Assembly (NCBI RefSeq): GCF_006345805.1
Contig: NC_042997.1
Span: forward strand, 192,634,001-192,698,000
Length of the DNA: 64,000 nt
DNA from: Octopus sinensis
Lineage: Eukaryota
Reading direction: 5' to 3'
In this document: piece after piece, positions 40,299 through 52,630 of the stretch
Numbering within the stretch: the first letter of the stretch is position 1
Layout: each line of letters begins with the position of its first letter
Program-made: the position numbers and the translations under genes
The notes under the pieces: model-generated
What the model was told of the DNA's origin: nothing
The model's input: the letters and a program-made list of their open reading frames with translations, nothing else
Databases searched by the model: none

Positions 40299-40438
40299 CA
40301 TCCCTCCACCACCACCAATATCATCATCATCATTATCATCATCACTACGACCACCACCACCATCATCACCACCATCATCATCATCATTATCCCTCCACCA
40401 CCACCAATATCATCATCATCATTATCATCATCACCACC

Positions 40439-40472
<34 letters not shown>

Positions 40473-40539
40473 TCATCATCATTATCCCTCCACCACCACC
40501 AATATCATCATCATCATTATCATCATCACCACCACCACC

Positions 40540-40573
<34 letters not shown>

Positions 40574-40705
40574 TAATCATCATCATTATCCCTCCACCAC
40601 CACCAATATCATCATCATCATCGTCATCACCATCATCATCATCATCATCACCATCACCATCATCATCATCATCATCATCATTATCCCTCCACCACCACCA
40701 CCAAT

Positions 40706-40737
<32 letters not shown>

Positions 40738-40880
40738 TATCCCTCCACCACCACCAATATTATCATCATCATTATCATCATTATAATCATCATTATCATC
40801 ATTATAATCATCATTATCATCATCAGTAGCAGCAGCAGTGCCATCATCATCATCATCATCACTGTCATCCAGGTCATCAT
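39770..40880. repeat. Compound (CAT)n/(CAC)n low-complexity tract with higher-order unit
   Basis: Motif tatccctccaccaccaccaatatcatc recurs ~7 times, 55-105 bp apart. Confidence 0.9.
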
Positions 40881-41716
40881 TATTGAAAATATACTGAATT
40901 ACATTCTAAAACTAGTTCACATATTCCTTCTCTCACACACACACACACACACAGCTGTTTTACATACATGCTCTCAGGCATTGCATTAACCCTACACATG
41001 ACACTCTTGTCTCCAGTTACCCAGTTACACAACTGTTTAACTTGATCTCTCACTCACTCACTCTCTCCCCATCTTCCCCTCTCCTTCTTTCTCTTTCTAG
41101 CACTCTATTTTTTCTCTCTTTCTTTCTCAAATACTTTCCTACTTCCTCTGTTTCTCCCTCCCCCTCTCTCTCTCTCTCCTCTCTCTCTGTGATTTTCCCT
41201 TTCCTTACCACCATCTCCCTCATTCCTTTCCTACATCTCCACTTCCTCCCCATGATTGACCTTCATTCATTCCTCAAGCATCTCCACATGCTTCTCACTC
41301 ACTTCCTTTCCAACCTTCCTCTCAGGACTTTATGCTCCTTCCTCATTTTCCTCCTCCCTGGACTTTTTCCTCTTCTCAATGAAGAACTGTACTTGAAACA
41401 TCCTTTCTACTTATATTTTTCCTTCTAAAACTTTTACTGAGCATCAATCTAATATATTCACTACATATGTCTAACTGAATTTTGTTGCTTATTCCTGTTT
41501 TCATTTTTCATTCATGGGGTTGCCTATATACATACATACATGTGTATATATAAATAGATGTGTGTATTTTTCCCTTGTTAACAATTATCACACAGAAAAA
41601 AATATATAAATAGTTACCAGGGTAGCAAAAAATCACACAAGTAAAAAGGTTGTAACTCCTTGTTTTTAAAAGTAGAAACTTCAGCTTTACGTGAAATATT
41701 TTGTATAATATATATA

Positions 41717-41862
41717 AATAAATAAATGGAGTTAAACGCTGGTGTTATTCAAATTCTTGTACTTCCGACACATGTTTTGAAGATAATACCAGTGATATCT
41801 TCAAAACATGTGTCGGAAGTAAATGAATTTGAATAACACCTGTGTTTAACTCTATTTATTTA
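41717..41862. repeat. Palindrome (~65-bp arms), PLE-like relic
   Basis: ataaatggagttaaac...acttccgacacatgttttgaagata / tatcttcaaaacatgtgtcggaagt...gtttaactctatttat. Confidence 0.85.
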
Positions 41863-41957
41863 TACATGTATATATATATATTTATATATATATATATATA
41901 TGGGAAAAAAAAAGTCAAGTCAGATAATGCTAAAATAATTTTATAAAAACGTTTCAG

Positions 41958-42060
41958 AAAAACATAGAATGTTTCACAAATTTGCGTGTCATCCTTGCAC
42001 AGGGGCCATGCTAACCTTCTCTGTATCATTCCAATTTTAGTATATGTATTGCCGAAGCAA
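41958..42060 (-). pseudogene. RNU6: U6 snRNA pseudogene
   Basis: ttgcttcggcaatacatatactaaaattggaatgatACAGAGAaggttAGCatggcccctgtgcaaggatgacacgcaaatttgtgaaacattctatgttttt: near full-length U6 with several transitions. The first ~4 nt and the upstream promoter are replaced. Confidence 0.95.
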
Positions 42061-42337
42061 ATTTGTGAAGCGTTCCATATTTTTCTGAAATGTTTTTTAT
42101 AAATTATTAGCATTTTCTACCTTGACCTTTTTTTTCTATATATATATCAACTTGTGTGTTCCTTTTCAACCTTATATATATAGATATATATATTATATAT
42201 ATATATATATATATAATATAATATATATATACCGGAGTAAACACATAAATGTGAAACAAGGTGGAAAAAAGAGTACTCAAACCACCAGTGGTAGAGTAAT
42301 ATGCTTTATTTAAAAGCAGCAGAAAATTCAACAAAGC

Positions 42338-42375
42338 CTGTTACTCTGAGTTTCCCGTTGCCGTTCATCGGACAG
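42338..42375 (-). ncRNA. Minimal type I hammerhead motif (U4C variant)
   Basis: cugu-CCGAUGA-acg gcaa cgg-GAAA-cuc a gag-UA-acag. Stem I cugu/acag, GNRA-capped stem II, and the same stem III as the 3252 copy. Lies within a ~155-bp insert between (TA)n tracts. Confidence 0.65.
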
Positions 42376-42448
42376 TTTTTGCTAGAATATATATATATAT
42401 ATAGATAAATAATTAAAGGGCGGGCAACAGGCTGCTTCGCCGCATACC

Positions 42449-42536
<88 letters not shown>

Positions 42537-43008
42537 CAGACAGACAGACAGATATACATAAGCACATTCATGAGGGGGTGCTGAAATGTTCTAAACAAGC
42601 GAAAGCAACTGTTTAAAGAGGATTGAGAAACCGTAAACCAAATTTCCTTTTTTTACTATTTTAATTCTCACACTTGTTTTTTTCAGTATGACTTGTCGAC
42701 CACCACTAAAATTAATGAACCTTGTACATTCTAACAAATTAATATACAGTTTTAATTTCAAACTTACACCCTCTGTTTTGAACATGATAATTTACCAACA
42801 ATGAAACATTTTAATTTATCGAAATTGAAACGTTTTAGCTTGTCAACATTGAAATTTATAACGATGTTTTTCTAATTTTACACTTTTACCATTGATAAAC
42901 AAAAAATATTGTTGAAACTAGTTTGGTATATATGTAAATAAATGTATTTTAAACATTTACAAGCTTTTGAAATTTAAGTGCATTTTCAACAAAACATTTT
43001 GCTATATG

Positions 43009-43067
<59 letters not shown>

Positions 43068-43179
43068 TTACACATGCATATACACAGATACAAACACACA
43101 CACATTCATATATATATCCTCAGACATATCGCTCACTCTCTCTCTCTCCTCTCTTGCACTGTATATAAATATGTGTGTG

Positions 43180-43230
<51 letters not shown>

Positions 43231-43276
43231 ATATATTATATATATATATATACTATATACATATATACTTTCTCAC

Positions 43277-43320
<44 letters not shown>

Positions 43321-44637
43321 TATGCATATATACAAATGTGTGTGCGTGTTTGTGTGTGCATAAATGCATGTATGTATGAATATGTGTATGTATGTATATA
43401 TTTATATGTAGTGACCCTCAAAAAAAGAGTTGACTCTATATTATATTGATGAGGTCCAATAATACTGAAACATATCCACAGTTGTTCTTTACTTGCACAC
43501 AAAATTACATTGTTTCTTAATCAAGAAAATTAATTTGTGACATTAATTTCTGATTGCTAAATAATTACCTCACTTTTTTTTTTTTGGTGGTGTGGGAGCA
43601 GAGAATTACTGCAAGGGCTTTGTATGCTGGCCCTTACTTGTAGGGGTATTTCAGTAATTTGAGAATTAGTGAGTGAACATGCATGTGTGTGAGTGTGAGT
43701 AAGTAACTGAGCAAGTGATCAAGCAAGCAAATATGTAAATTAGTGAGAATGTATGTGAATGAGTGAGTGAATGGGAGACAGAGAAAGTGAGTGAGTGAGT
43801 GAGTGAGTGAGTGAGTGAGTGAGTGAGTGAATGAGTGGAGGAGTGTGTGAGTAAACAAGGAAGCAAGTGTGTGTGTGTGTGTGTGTGTGTGTAAACATCC
43901 AGTACATCACCCATTAACTTTCGTATAGCTCATTAAGTAACGAACCAGACTAGATTAGTTATTTTGCTTACGACCAGTACAAAGTGTTATATGGCTTTAA
44001 CAGGGTTTGTCATTTTGTAGGATACTCCAGCAGCCTTGAATCAGTTCGTCTGTTTGCTATACAGGATGTAATGGTTCTTTGGTTCCCCTTTAGAAGTTTC
44101 CTATTACAATTACAGAGGAGTGACGTTCAGGTCTTATGATGCATTTCAAATATTCTAGAGAGAATCTCTCTTTTACATAAGCCTTAAACACACACACACA
44201 CATTCACATCTCTTTAACACACTGGCCTTATTAAAACACAAGCTTCATTTGCACTCACACATCTAACTTATAGAATTGACCGTCAACTTTTAATTTAATA
44301 ATACGTCTAACTACTCAACCCGATGTATTGAGTTCTGTTTCAGAAATATTTGCATTGTGTATTTCTGTATACTTAGCAACTCTTATACTACTGTATGTGT
44401 GTATGTATGTATGTATGTATGTATGTATGTATGTATGTATGTATGTATGTATGTATGTATGTGTGTATGTATGTATGTATGTATGTATGTATGTATGTAT
44501 GTATGTATGAATGAATGAATGTATGTATGTATATGTGTATGTATGTCTGTGTGTATGTATGTGTGTGTGTATGTATGTATGTATGTGTGTGTGTGCGTGC
44601 ATGCATGTGTGTGTGTGTGTGTGTATATGTATGTATG

Positions 44638-47318
44638 TTTTTAATTATTTAACTTCTTCCTTTGAAGAAGGAGCCGGTTTCTAACAAAGATACAAACCTC
44701 CATCATTGGAATGCAGATAACAAAAACAATGTCACATTTTAAACCTGAGAAAAGTCTTGCATAATTTTACTGTTCCACTCACGTGCAAGTCAGTTATTCT
44801 TTACTCTCTTATTCTTTTACTTGTTTCAGTCATTTGACTGTGGCCATGCTGGAGCACCGCCTTTAGTCGAGCAAATCGACCCCAGGACTTATTCTTTGTA
44901 AGCCTGGTACTTATTCTACCAACTCTTTTGCTAAACTGCTAAGTTACGGGGACTTAAACACACCCGCATCGGTTGTCAAGTGATGTTGGGGGGACAAACA
45001 CAGACACACAAACATATACACACACACACAAACATATACACACACACACAAACATATACACACATATATCATCATCATCATCATCATCGTTTAACATCTG
45101 TTCTCCATGCTAGCATGGGCTGGACGGTTCGACCGGGATCTGGGAAGCCAGAAGGCTGCACCAGGCTCCGGTCTTATCTGGCAATGTTTCTACAGCTGGA
45201 TGCCCTTCCTAACGCCAACCACTCCGTGAGTGTAGTGGGTGCTTTTTACGTGCCACCTGCACTGGTGCCAGGCGAGGCTGGCATCGGCCACGGTCGGATT
45301 GGTGCATTTTACGTGCCACCTGCATGGAAGCCAGTCGAGGCGGCACTGGCTTCGGCCACGATTCGGATGGTGCTTTTTACGTGCCAGCGACATGGAAGCC
45401 AGTCGAGGCGGCACTAGCATCGGCCACGATTCGGATAGTGCTTTTTACGTATCTCCAGTCCAGGGATCCTGGCATCTGCCGGGTGCCAGTCATAGGATTG
45501 GTTCAATACATATATATATATATATACATATATACGACGGGCATCTTTCAGTTTCTTTCTACCAAATCCACTCACAAATCCACTTGGTCGGTCCGAGACT
45601 ATAGTAGAAGGCACTTGCCCAAAGTCCCACACAGTGGGACTGAACCCAGAACCATGTGGTTGGTAAGTATATATATATACTTACCACACAGCCACTTCTA
45701 TGCCTAGTTGATTTCTTTTTCTGAAAATCCAAGCTTATTCAGACTGACAGGCATTTACTTACAAAATCAAGAGCTCCAATTATTAGCATAAATGTAAATT
45801 TGTGATCCAGACATAGAAGCTGGAGCTTTCGAAGCAACTGTCCATAGTTATCCACTTCTCTTTGATTTTCAAAGAGATATTCATATCAGCAGGACAGCTG
45901 ACCTCTATGAGGGTTCATACTTTTTTTGTTTGCACCAAACAACAGTATCCAGCCCATAATGCTTACACTTGACAGATGTTTTGATGGGAATGTTTGTTCC
46001 ACCAATGTTCCTTACGCTGACATCTATGTACATATTTAATAAATAAATAAATAAATAAATGCACCCTTTTTAAAGCCTAGCCAGGCTCATGGGCCTGGTT
46101 TCCCAGTTTCTATGGCATATGTGTTCCCCAGCTGGACGGGACGCCAGTCCATCGCAGCGATGCTCATTTTTGCCAGCTGAGTGGACTGGAGTAACGTGAA
46201 ATTAAGTGTTTTGCTCAAGAACACAACGCATCACTCAGTCCAGGAATCGAAACCACAATCTTACGATCATGATGCTGACACCCTAACCACTAAGCGACAC
46301 ACCTCCACAATATATTTAATACCAATATCCATATATATATATTCTCTATAACTTGCTGTCTTTTTAGGAATATGGATTTACTAAGAGGAGAGGATTCCCA
46401 GTCCCCTTGCTCCTGTCCCTTTTAATCGCCTCTTATGCCACGCAGGGAATATGGCTACTGCATTCAAGTAATCCATCCTCACCTCCCAGTCTCAGGGGGA
46501 TTTGCTAGTTAACCCATTGCTGGGACCCTTACAGGCACTACCACTCCAGGCCAGAGTAGATTTGGGAACAATAGTGGCTAAGAAGTGGTTCCACACTCCT
46601 CAAACCCTGAAACCAGGACTCCAAGGTCCCACTACCGGGTGTAGTTTATAGTCATACCCAGGACTGAGCTGGGAAATGAATGGAATGCCTGATGTGTATC
46701 TTGTTGTGGCTACACACTCCTAAAAAAATAATGGGGAATAGGGCTGGGTATATATATATACATATATATTCTCTATGTGAAGGCGCATGGCTCAGTAGTT
46801 AGAGCATCAAGCTTACAATCGTGAAGTTGTGAGTTTGAATCCCTGACCGGGCTGCGTGTTGTGTTCTTGAGCAAAACACTTTATTTCACTTTGCTCCTGT
46901 TTACTCAACTGTAGAAATGAGTTGCGACATCACTGGTGCCAAGCTGTATCGGCCTTTGCCTTTCCCTTGGATAACACTGGTGGCATGGAGAGGGGAGGCC
47001 AGTATGCATGGGCGACTGCTGGTCTTTCATAGACAACCTTGCCTGGACTTGTACCTCGGAGGGTAACTTTCTAGGTGCAAGTCCATGGACATTCATGACC
47101 AAAGGGGGTCTCCCATATTCTCTATATTTATTCCAGGACAGTTTTTTTTTTATTCTTTTCCAGATAGCATTGTATATTGTTTTTGCAACGTCATGTCCCA
47201 TAAGGAAGTAATACCTTGATGACATTATTGGGCAGCTGCTAATCACGTGTGATGTCTTCCCTAGAAATATGGCATAATCTATATTTTCAGTTGCATCTTG
47301 AATCTCCAAAGGCTTCAT
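44638..47318 (-). mobile_element. R4/Dong LINE split into three pieces (44638-44790, 45705-46035, 47115-47318) by nested SINEs
   Basis: The pieces are colinear with 37590-38310 (SHVISSCPIMSSRYYFLMGHDVAKTIYNAI; IEVSCPADMNISLKIKEK; SGTVK). TSDs atatttaat and atattctctat flank the nested inserts, and (TATG)n lies at both outer ends. Confidence 0.8.
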
Positions 47319-47340
47319 GTATGTATGTATGTATGTATGT

Positions 47341-47577
47341 GCTCCGACATATCTGTTGGGCATGTGGAAGAGAGTGTAATTCGGCAGGAGGACTTAAACA
47401 ACATGCAAAGGTACATGAAGCCCAGTGACAACTACAGCTATTACCGGTAAAGGTTTTAGTTGCCAATTCTGTACAAGACATTGTAGATCTTTAGCTAAAA
47501 AGTCACATTCGATCACAGCACCAGTAACAGTTAAGCTTCGAGCAATGGCCATACTCGATAACGAGGGGGCAGCCATT
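47341..47577 (+). mobile_element. RTE-type LINE 3' end with two C2H2 zinc-finger motifs
   Basis: HICWACGRECNSAGGLKQHAKVH and FSCQFCTRHCRSLA..SHIRSQH (frameshifted), followed by a short UTR 'atggccatactcgataacgagggggcagccat' and (TATG)n. Confidence 0.6.
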
Positions 47578-48018
47578 ATGTATGTATGTATGTATGTATG
47601 TATGTATGTATGTATGCATGCATCTATGCATGCATGTATGCATGTATGTATGTATGCATGTATGAATGAATGTATGTATATATGTATGTAGATATGTGTA
47701 TGTATGTCATTCATTCAGTCATTTTTGTATCAATTCATTCACATTACATTATATTTCATATTTTTACACGCACACACACACACACACTCACACACACTCT
47801 TATGACGGTCTTCTTTCACTTTTTCAGTTTCTGTATATGAAATCCCCTCACAAAGTTTTGCTCAGCCTGGGAGCTATTGTAGAAGATAAAAGGTGGTGTG
47901 CAATGGGACTGAACCCCAAAACCACATGGTTGGAAAGCAACCTTCTTAACCACACAGCAACGCCTGTGACTATATTATATATGAGTGTGTGTGCGTATGT
48001 ATGCATGTGTGTGTGTGA

Positions 48019-48058
<40 letters not shown>

Positions 48059-48068
48059 ATATATACAG

Positions 48069-48344
48069 TTGCAGTGTGGAAGGTGTTTATAAGTCATTTA
48101 AGAAACACACAAAAAGCGTTAGATTCACTTTGACATTGAAATTTAATTTGCCAAAATATTTTTGTCACTTTGAGACCGCGACCTGTTCACTGACAAAATT
48201 CAGTGCTGCACAGAATTTTGTCAGTGAACAGGTCGCGGTCTCAAAGTGACAAAAATATTTTGGCAAATTAATTTCAATGTCAAAGTGAATCTAACGCTTT
48301 TTGTGTGTTTCTTAAATGGCTTATAAACACCTTCCACACTGCAA
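48069..48344. repeat. Near-perfect 276-bp palindrome, PLE-like, each arm with a hammerhead-like motif
   Basis: Arms ~135 bp with only a few differences; centre aaaattcagtgctgcacagaatttt. Motif at 48217-48267(+) and 48147-48197(-). Confidence 0.9.
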
Positions 48345-50847
48345 TTGTTTTCATTCCAGCACACGATCTCAGATCAGATCACTTGCTATGCAAATACATC
48401 TCTGTACTAAGAACGTAACGGCAGATGAAGTACCACTAAGCATTTCGCCTGCCATGCTAATGATTCTTATTTCTTTATTGCCCACAAGAAGCTAAACATA
48501 GAGGGGACAAACAAGGTCAGACAAAGGGATTAAGTTGATTACATCAACTCCAGTGCGTAATTGGTACTTAATTTATCGACCCCGAAAGGATGAAAGACAA
48601 AGTCAACCTTGGTGGAATTTGAACTCAGAACGTAGCAGCAGATGAAATACTGTTAAGCATTTCACCCACCGTGCTAATGATTCTTATTTCTTTATTGCCC
48701 ACAAGGGGCTAAACATAGAGGGAACAAACAAGGACTGACAAACGGATTAAGTCGATTACATCGACCCCATTGCATAACTGGTACTTTATTTATCGTCCCC
48801 GAAAGGATGAAAGGCAAAGTCGACCTCGGCGGAATTTGAACTAAAAAAACATAACAGCAGATGAAATACCGCTAAGTATTTCGCCCACCGTGCTAACGAT
48901 TCTGCCAGCTCACCACCTTAGACAATACACACATACTAAAGCAAAACTTTACTGATTTCAGTCACTGGGTACTCAAATACTCCAGATCCAGTGACTTATC
49001 TCCCTTACTCTCCCTCTCCTTCTCCCTCATATTCTATTTTCTAACCTTGCCTCTTCATTCTCTTCACTCTTTTTTTCTTTCTTTTCCTTTTCTTTCATCC
49101 TTTCTCTTCCTTTACTCCTCAATCTCGCCCCCCCCCCCCCTGCCGCTTCATCGTTTTGTCTTTTACACTCCTTTATCACCTTGTTTTTTTGACATTACTT
49201 CACACTTTGCACTTCTTCCTTTTATCTCTGTCCTTCTCACCCTCCCTTGACATTCTATCTTTATCGCTTTTCTCTCTCTCTCATTCTCTTCTCCCCTTCC
49301 TTTCACTCCCTCACTCTCACTCTCTCTCTCTCTCTCTTTCTCTCTCACCTATTCTCTCCCCACCCCTCGGCCTCTTCTTTCCTCAGTCATCTTCACTTTT
49401 CGGTCTCATCCCAGCATTCTACTTCACTATCCTCATTTCTTTTGCTGTTTCTCTTCTCTCTTTCACTCTTTCAATCTCTCCCACTCTTTCCTCCCCCTTC
49501 ACACTCCTCACACTATTACCACTATTTTTTCCTCAATTAGCTACTACTTCCTTCCTTCTGCCTCCTCCTTTCCCCCCTTTCTCACCACTCCCTCCTCGCC
49601 ACTCCTCTTCAACTTTTACCTCATTAACAACTACATACACCACCACCACCACCACCATTAACAACGACAACAACAACAACTACACTGATAACTGCCACCA
49701 CTTACATCGCTTCTATAACAGTTTTTGTCTAAAACATCCCCCTCCCCTCAAAAAGACACTGAAGCTTTCATTCCCACCACCCCCAACCACCCGCACACCC
49801 CCTCCTGCTATTTTCTGCAGAGACTTCCATAATGTTGAGATGTACTGCTTCCTCCCTCCTTCCCCCCACCCCCACCCCGTTCAGAATAGGTATGTGGGAG
49901 GACCTGAGGAATTAAAGCTATCATATGCTGTCTGCAAAATAGAACACTACTGTGTAGTCTTCAACTGATGAGAAAGCTAAAAGCATTATCTAAATCTTAT
50001 TATTAGTGTTTGTTCATAAAGCATTAAGTTAACAGAATAGAATTCTTAGCACATCGGACAGAATGCTTAGCGGCATTTCGTCCGTCTTTATGCTCTGGGT
50101 TCAAACTCTGCCGAAGTCGGCTTTGCCTTTCATCCTTTCTGAGATGCAATAAATACCAATTTCTTTACTGCCCACAAGGGGCAAAACGCAGAGAGGACAA
50201 ACAAGGACAGACAAACGGATTAAGTCGATTATATCGACCCCAGTGCGTAACTGGTACTTAATTTATCGACCCCGAAAGGATGAAAGGCAAAGTCAACCTC
50301 GGCGGAATTTAAACTCAGAACATAAAGACAAACAAAATACCTATTTCTTTACTACCCACAAGGGGCTAAACACAGAGAGGACAAACAAGGACAGACAAAC
50401 GGATTAAGTCGATTATATCAACCCCAGTGCGTAACTGGTACTTAATTTATCGATCCTGAAAGGATGAAAGGCAAAGTCGACCTCGGCGGAATTTGAACTC
50501 AGAACGTAAAGACAGACAAAATACCTATTTCTTTACTACCCACAAGAGGCTAAATGCAAAGAGGACAAACAAGGACAGACAAACGGATTAAGTCGATTAT
50601 ATCGACCCCAGCACGTAACTGGTACTTAATTTATTGACCCCAAAAGGATGAAAGGCAAAGTTGACCTCGGTGGAATTTGAACTCAGAACATAACGGCAGA
50701 CGAAATACGGCTACGCACTTCGTCCGGCGTGCTAACGTTTCTGCCAGCTTGCCGCCTTCACAAATAAATACCAGTTGAACATTGAGGTCTATGTATTCAA
50801 CTAGCCTGCTCAAGCTTGGTACCTACAATGGGATTATTAATCTAGTG

Positions 50848-52322
50848 CAGTGGTGCCTAAACCTTTTTCGGGCTGCCATCCACTTGATACCCAGGTCACA
50901 TTCCTAGCGCCCCCACCCCAAACTAACCATCCTAAGCATAAACCTCTTTCTGAAGCAAATTCAATGCAATTTATTTCACAAATAAAACTTAACCTAATGA
51001 ATCCACTATTTTGTTGTTTTTATATGAATTGCCACCCCAATGTTTACATGAATCATTACCTCATTATCACCCCAGTTTTCTTCAACACCCCCTTGGAACT
51101 TTTTGCCACCCCCAGGGGTTCTATACCACCCACTTTGGGAACCACTGATCAAGTGCTTAAGGTGACAAGCTGACAGAATTGTTAGCACGATGGAGAAAAC
51201 ACTTAACGCTGTTTAGTCTGTCTTTACATTCAGAGTTCAAATACCACCAAAGTTGAATTTGCTTTTTGCCCTTTCAGGGTCAATGAAACAAGCACCAGCT
51301 GAGCACTGGGTCGATGTAAATTGCTAACCCCAACCCCAAAATTTCAAACCCAAAATTTCAAGCCTTGTGCCTAGAGTAGAAAGGAATATTAGTCAAGTGC
51401 AGAGGTTCTCAAACTTTTTGAGCCACCGCTGCCCCCCGACCTCATGGCCACATAATACCCTCAGTGCCCCCACCCCTATTTTTATATATAAATAAATATT
51501 TTATATTTTACTAATTTATATATAATATGAATCATCTGATATTTAATATATTATAAAAAGAGGCATTAGGAGGAAGGCAGTGGATTGGGGGACACTATGA
51601 ATTTATTATATTATTACAGTATTGTATCATCATCATCATCATTATCGTTTAAGCGGACGTTAAACGATGATGATGATGATGATGATGATACAATACTGTA
51701 ATAATATAATAAATTCATAGTGTCCCCCAATCCACTGCCTTCCTCCTAATGCCTCTTTTTCTCTACCGTCCCCACCCCCACAGCCTCCTAAGGCATCAGC
51801 ACCCACTGGTGGGGGGCAGCAGTGCCCACTTTGAGAACCTATGGTCTAGTGCAATGCTTCTTAAACTATAGGTCATGACCCCAAATGGGGTTGCAAAGCG
51901 AAATATTGGGGTTGCGAAAATTAAATTCAAACACTTGAATATCAGTTTGTATGTTATTTCACAAATGCACAAATCCTAAAACTACTTTTATTTTGACTAA
52001 TAAAATATCTACTTTTTTATATATGTAAATTGTTCAGCAAAAAAAATAAATGATTTATGTATTTATTTGTATGTTTTATTTCATATCTAAATACCTGGGG
52101 GTCGCAAAAAATCTTGTGATGAAAAATTGGTGTCATAAATGAAAAGATATAGGCGCAGGAGTGGCTGTGTGGTAAGTAGCTTGCTTACCAGCCACATTGT
52201 TCCGGGTTCAGTCCCTCTGAGTGGCAACTTGGGCAAGTGTCTTCTACTATAGCCTCAGGCCGACCAAAGCCTTGTGAGTGGATTTGGTAGACGGAAACTG
52301 AAAGAAGTCCGTCGTATAAAAG

Positions 52323-52395
<73 letters not shown>

Positions 52396-52630
52396 GTATG
52401 TGTCTGTATATGTTTGTGTGTTTGTGTTTGTCCCCCCAACATCGCTTGACAACCGATGCTGGTGTGTTTACATCCCCATAGCTTAGTGGTTCGGTAAAAA
52501 GAGACTGATAGAATAAGTACTAGGCTTACAAAGAATAAGTTTGGGGTCGATTTGCTCGACTAAAGGTGGTGCTCCAGCATGGCCGCAGTCAAATGACGGA
52601 AACAAGTAAAAGAGTAAAGATTAAGTGCTG
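50848..52630. mobile_element. Cluster of three hAT-Charlie-type MITEs (50848-51147, 51400-51843, 51852-52630)
   Basis: CAG/CA...TG termini. 8-bp flanks atctagtg/atcaagtg, gtcaagtg/gtctagtg and gtctagtg/gtcttgtg. The third is interrupted by SINE B. Confidence 0.7.
51555..51760. repeat. Near-perfect palindrome (~98-bp arms) centred on an RTE-type tail
   Basis: aaaaagaggcattaggaggaagg...catcattatcgtttaa-gcggacg-ttaaacgatgatgat...ccttcctcctaatgcctcttttt. Confidence 0.9.

Noticed and set aside
41958-42060. Functional U6 gene
   Set aside because: The 5' nucleotides are missing, there is no upstream PSE/TATA region, and there are multiple substitutions, including next to the ACAGAGA box and in the 3' stem.
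49156-49968. 270-aa hydrophobic ORF (also 41042-41428 and 53792-54493) resembling membrane proteins
   Set aside because: These are polypyrimidine low-complexity tracts that yield F/L/S/P only.
49960-49985. ctgatgagaaagc hammerhead-like string
   Set aside because: No stem II or flanking stems; expected by chance.
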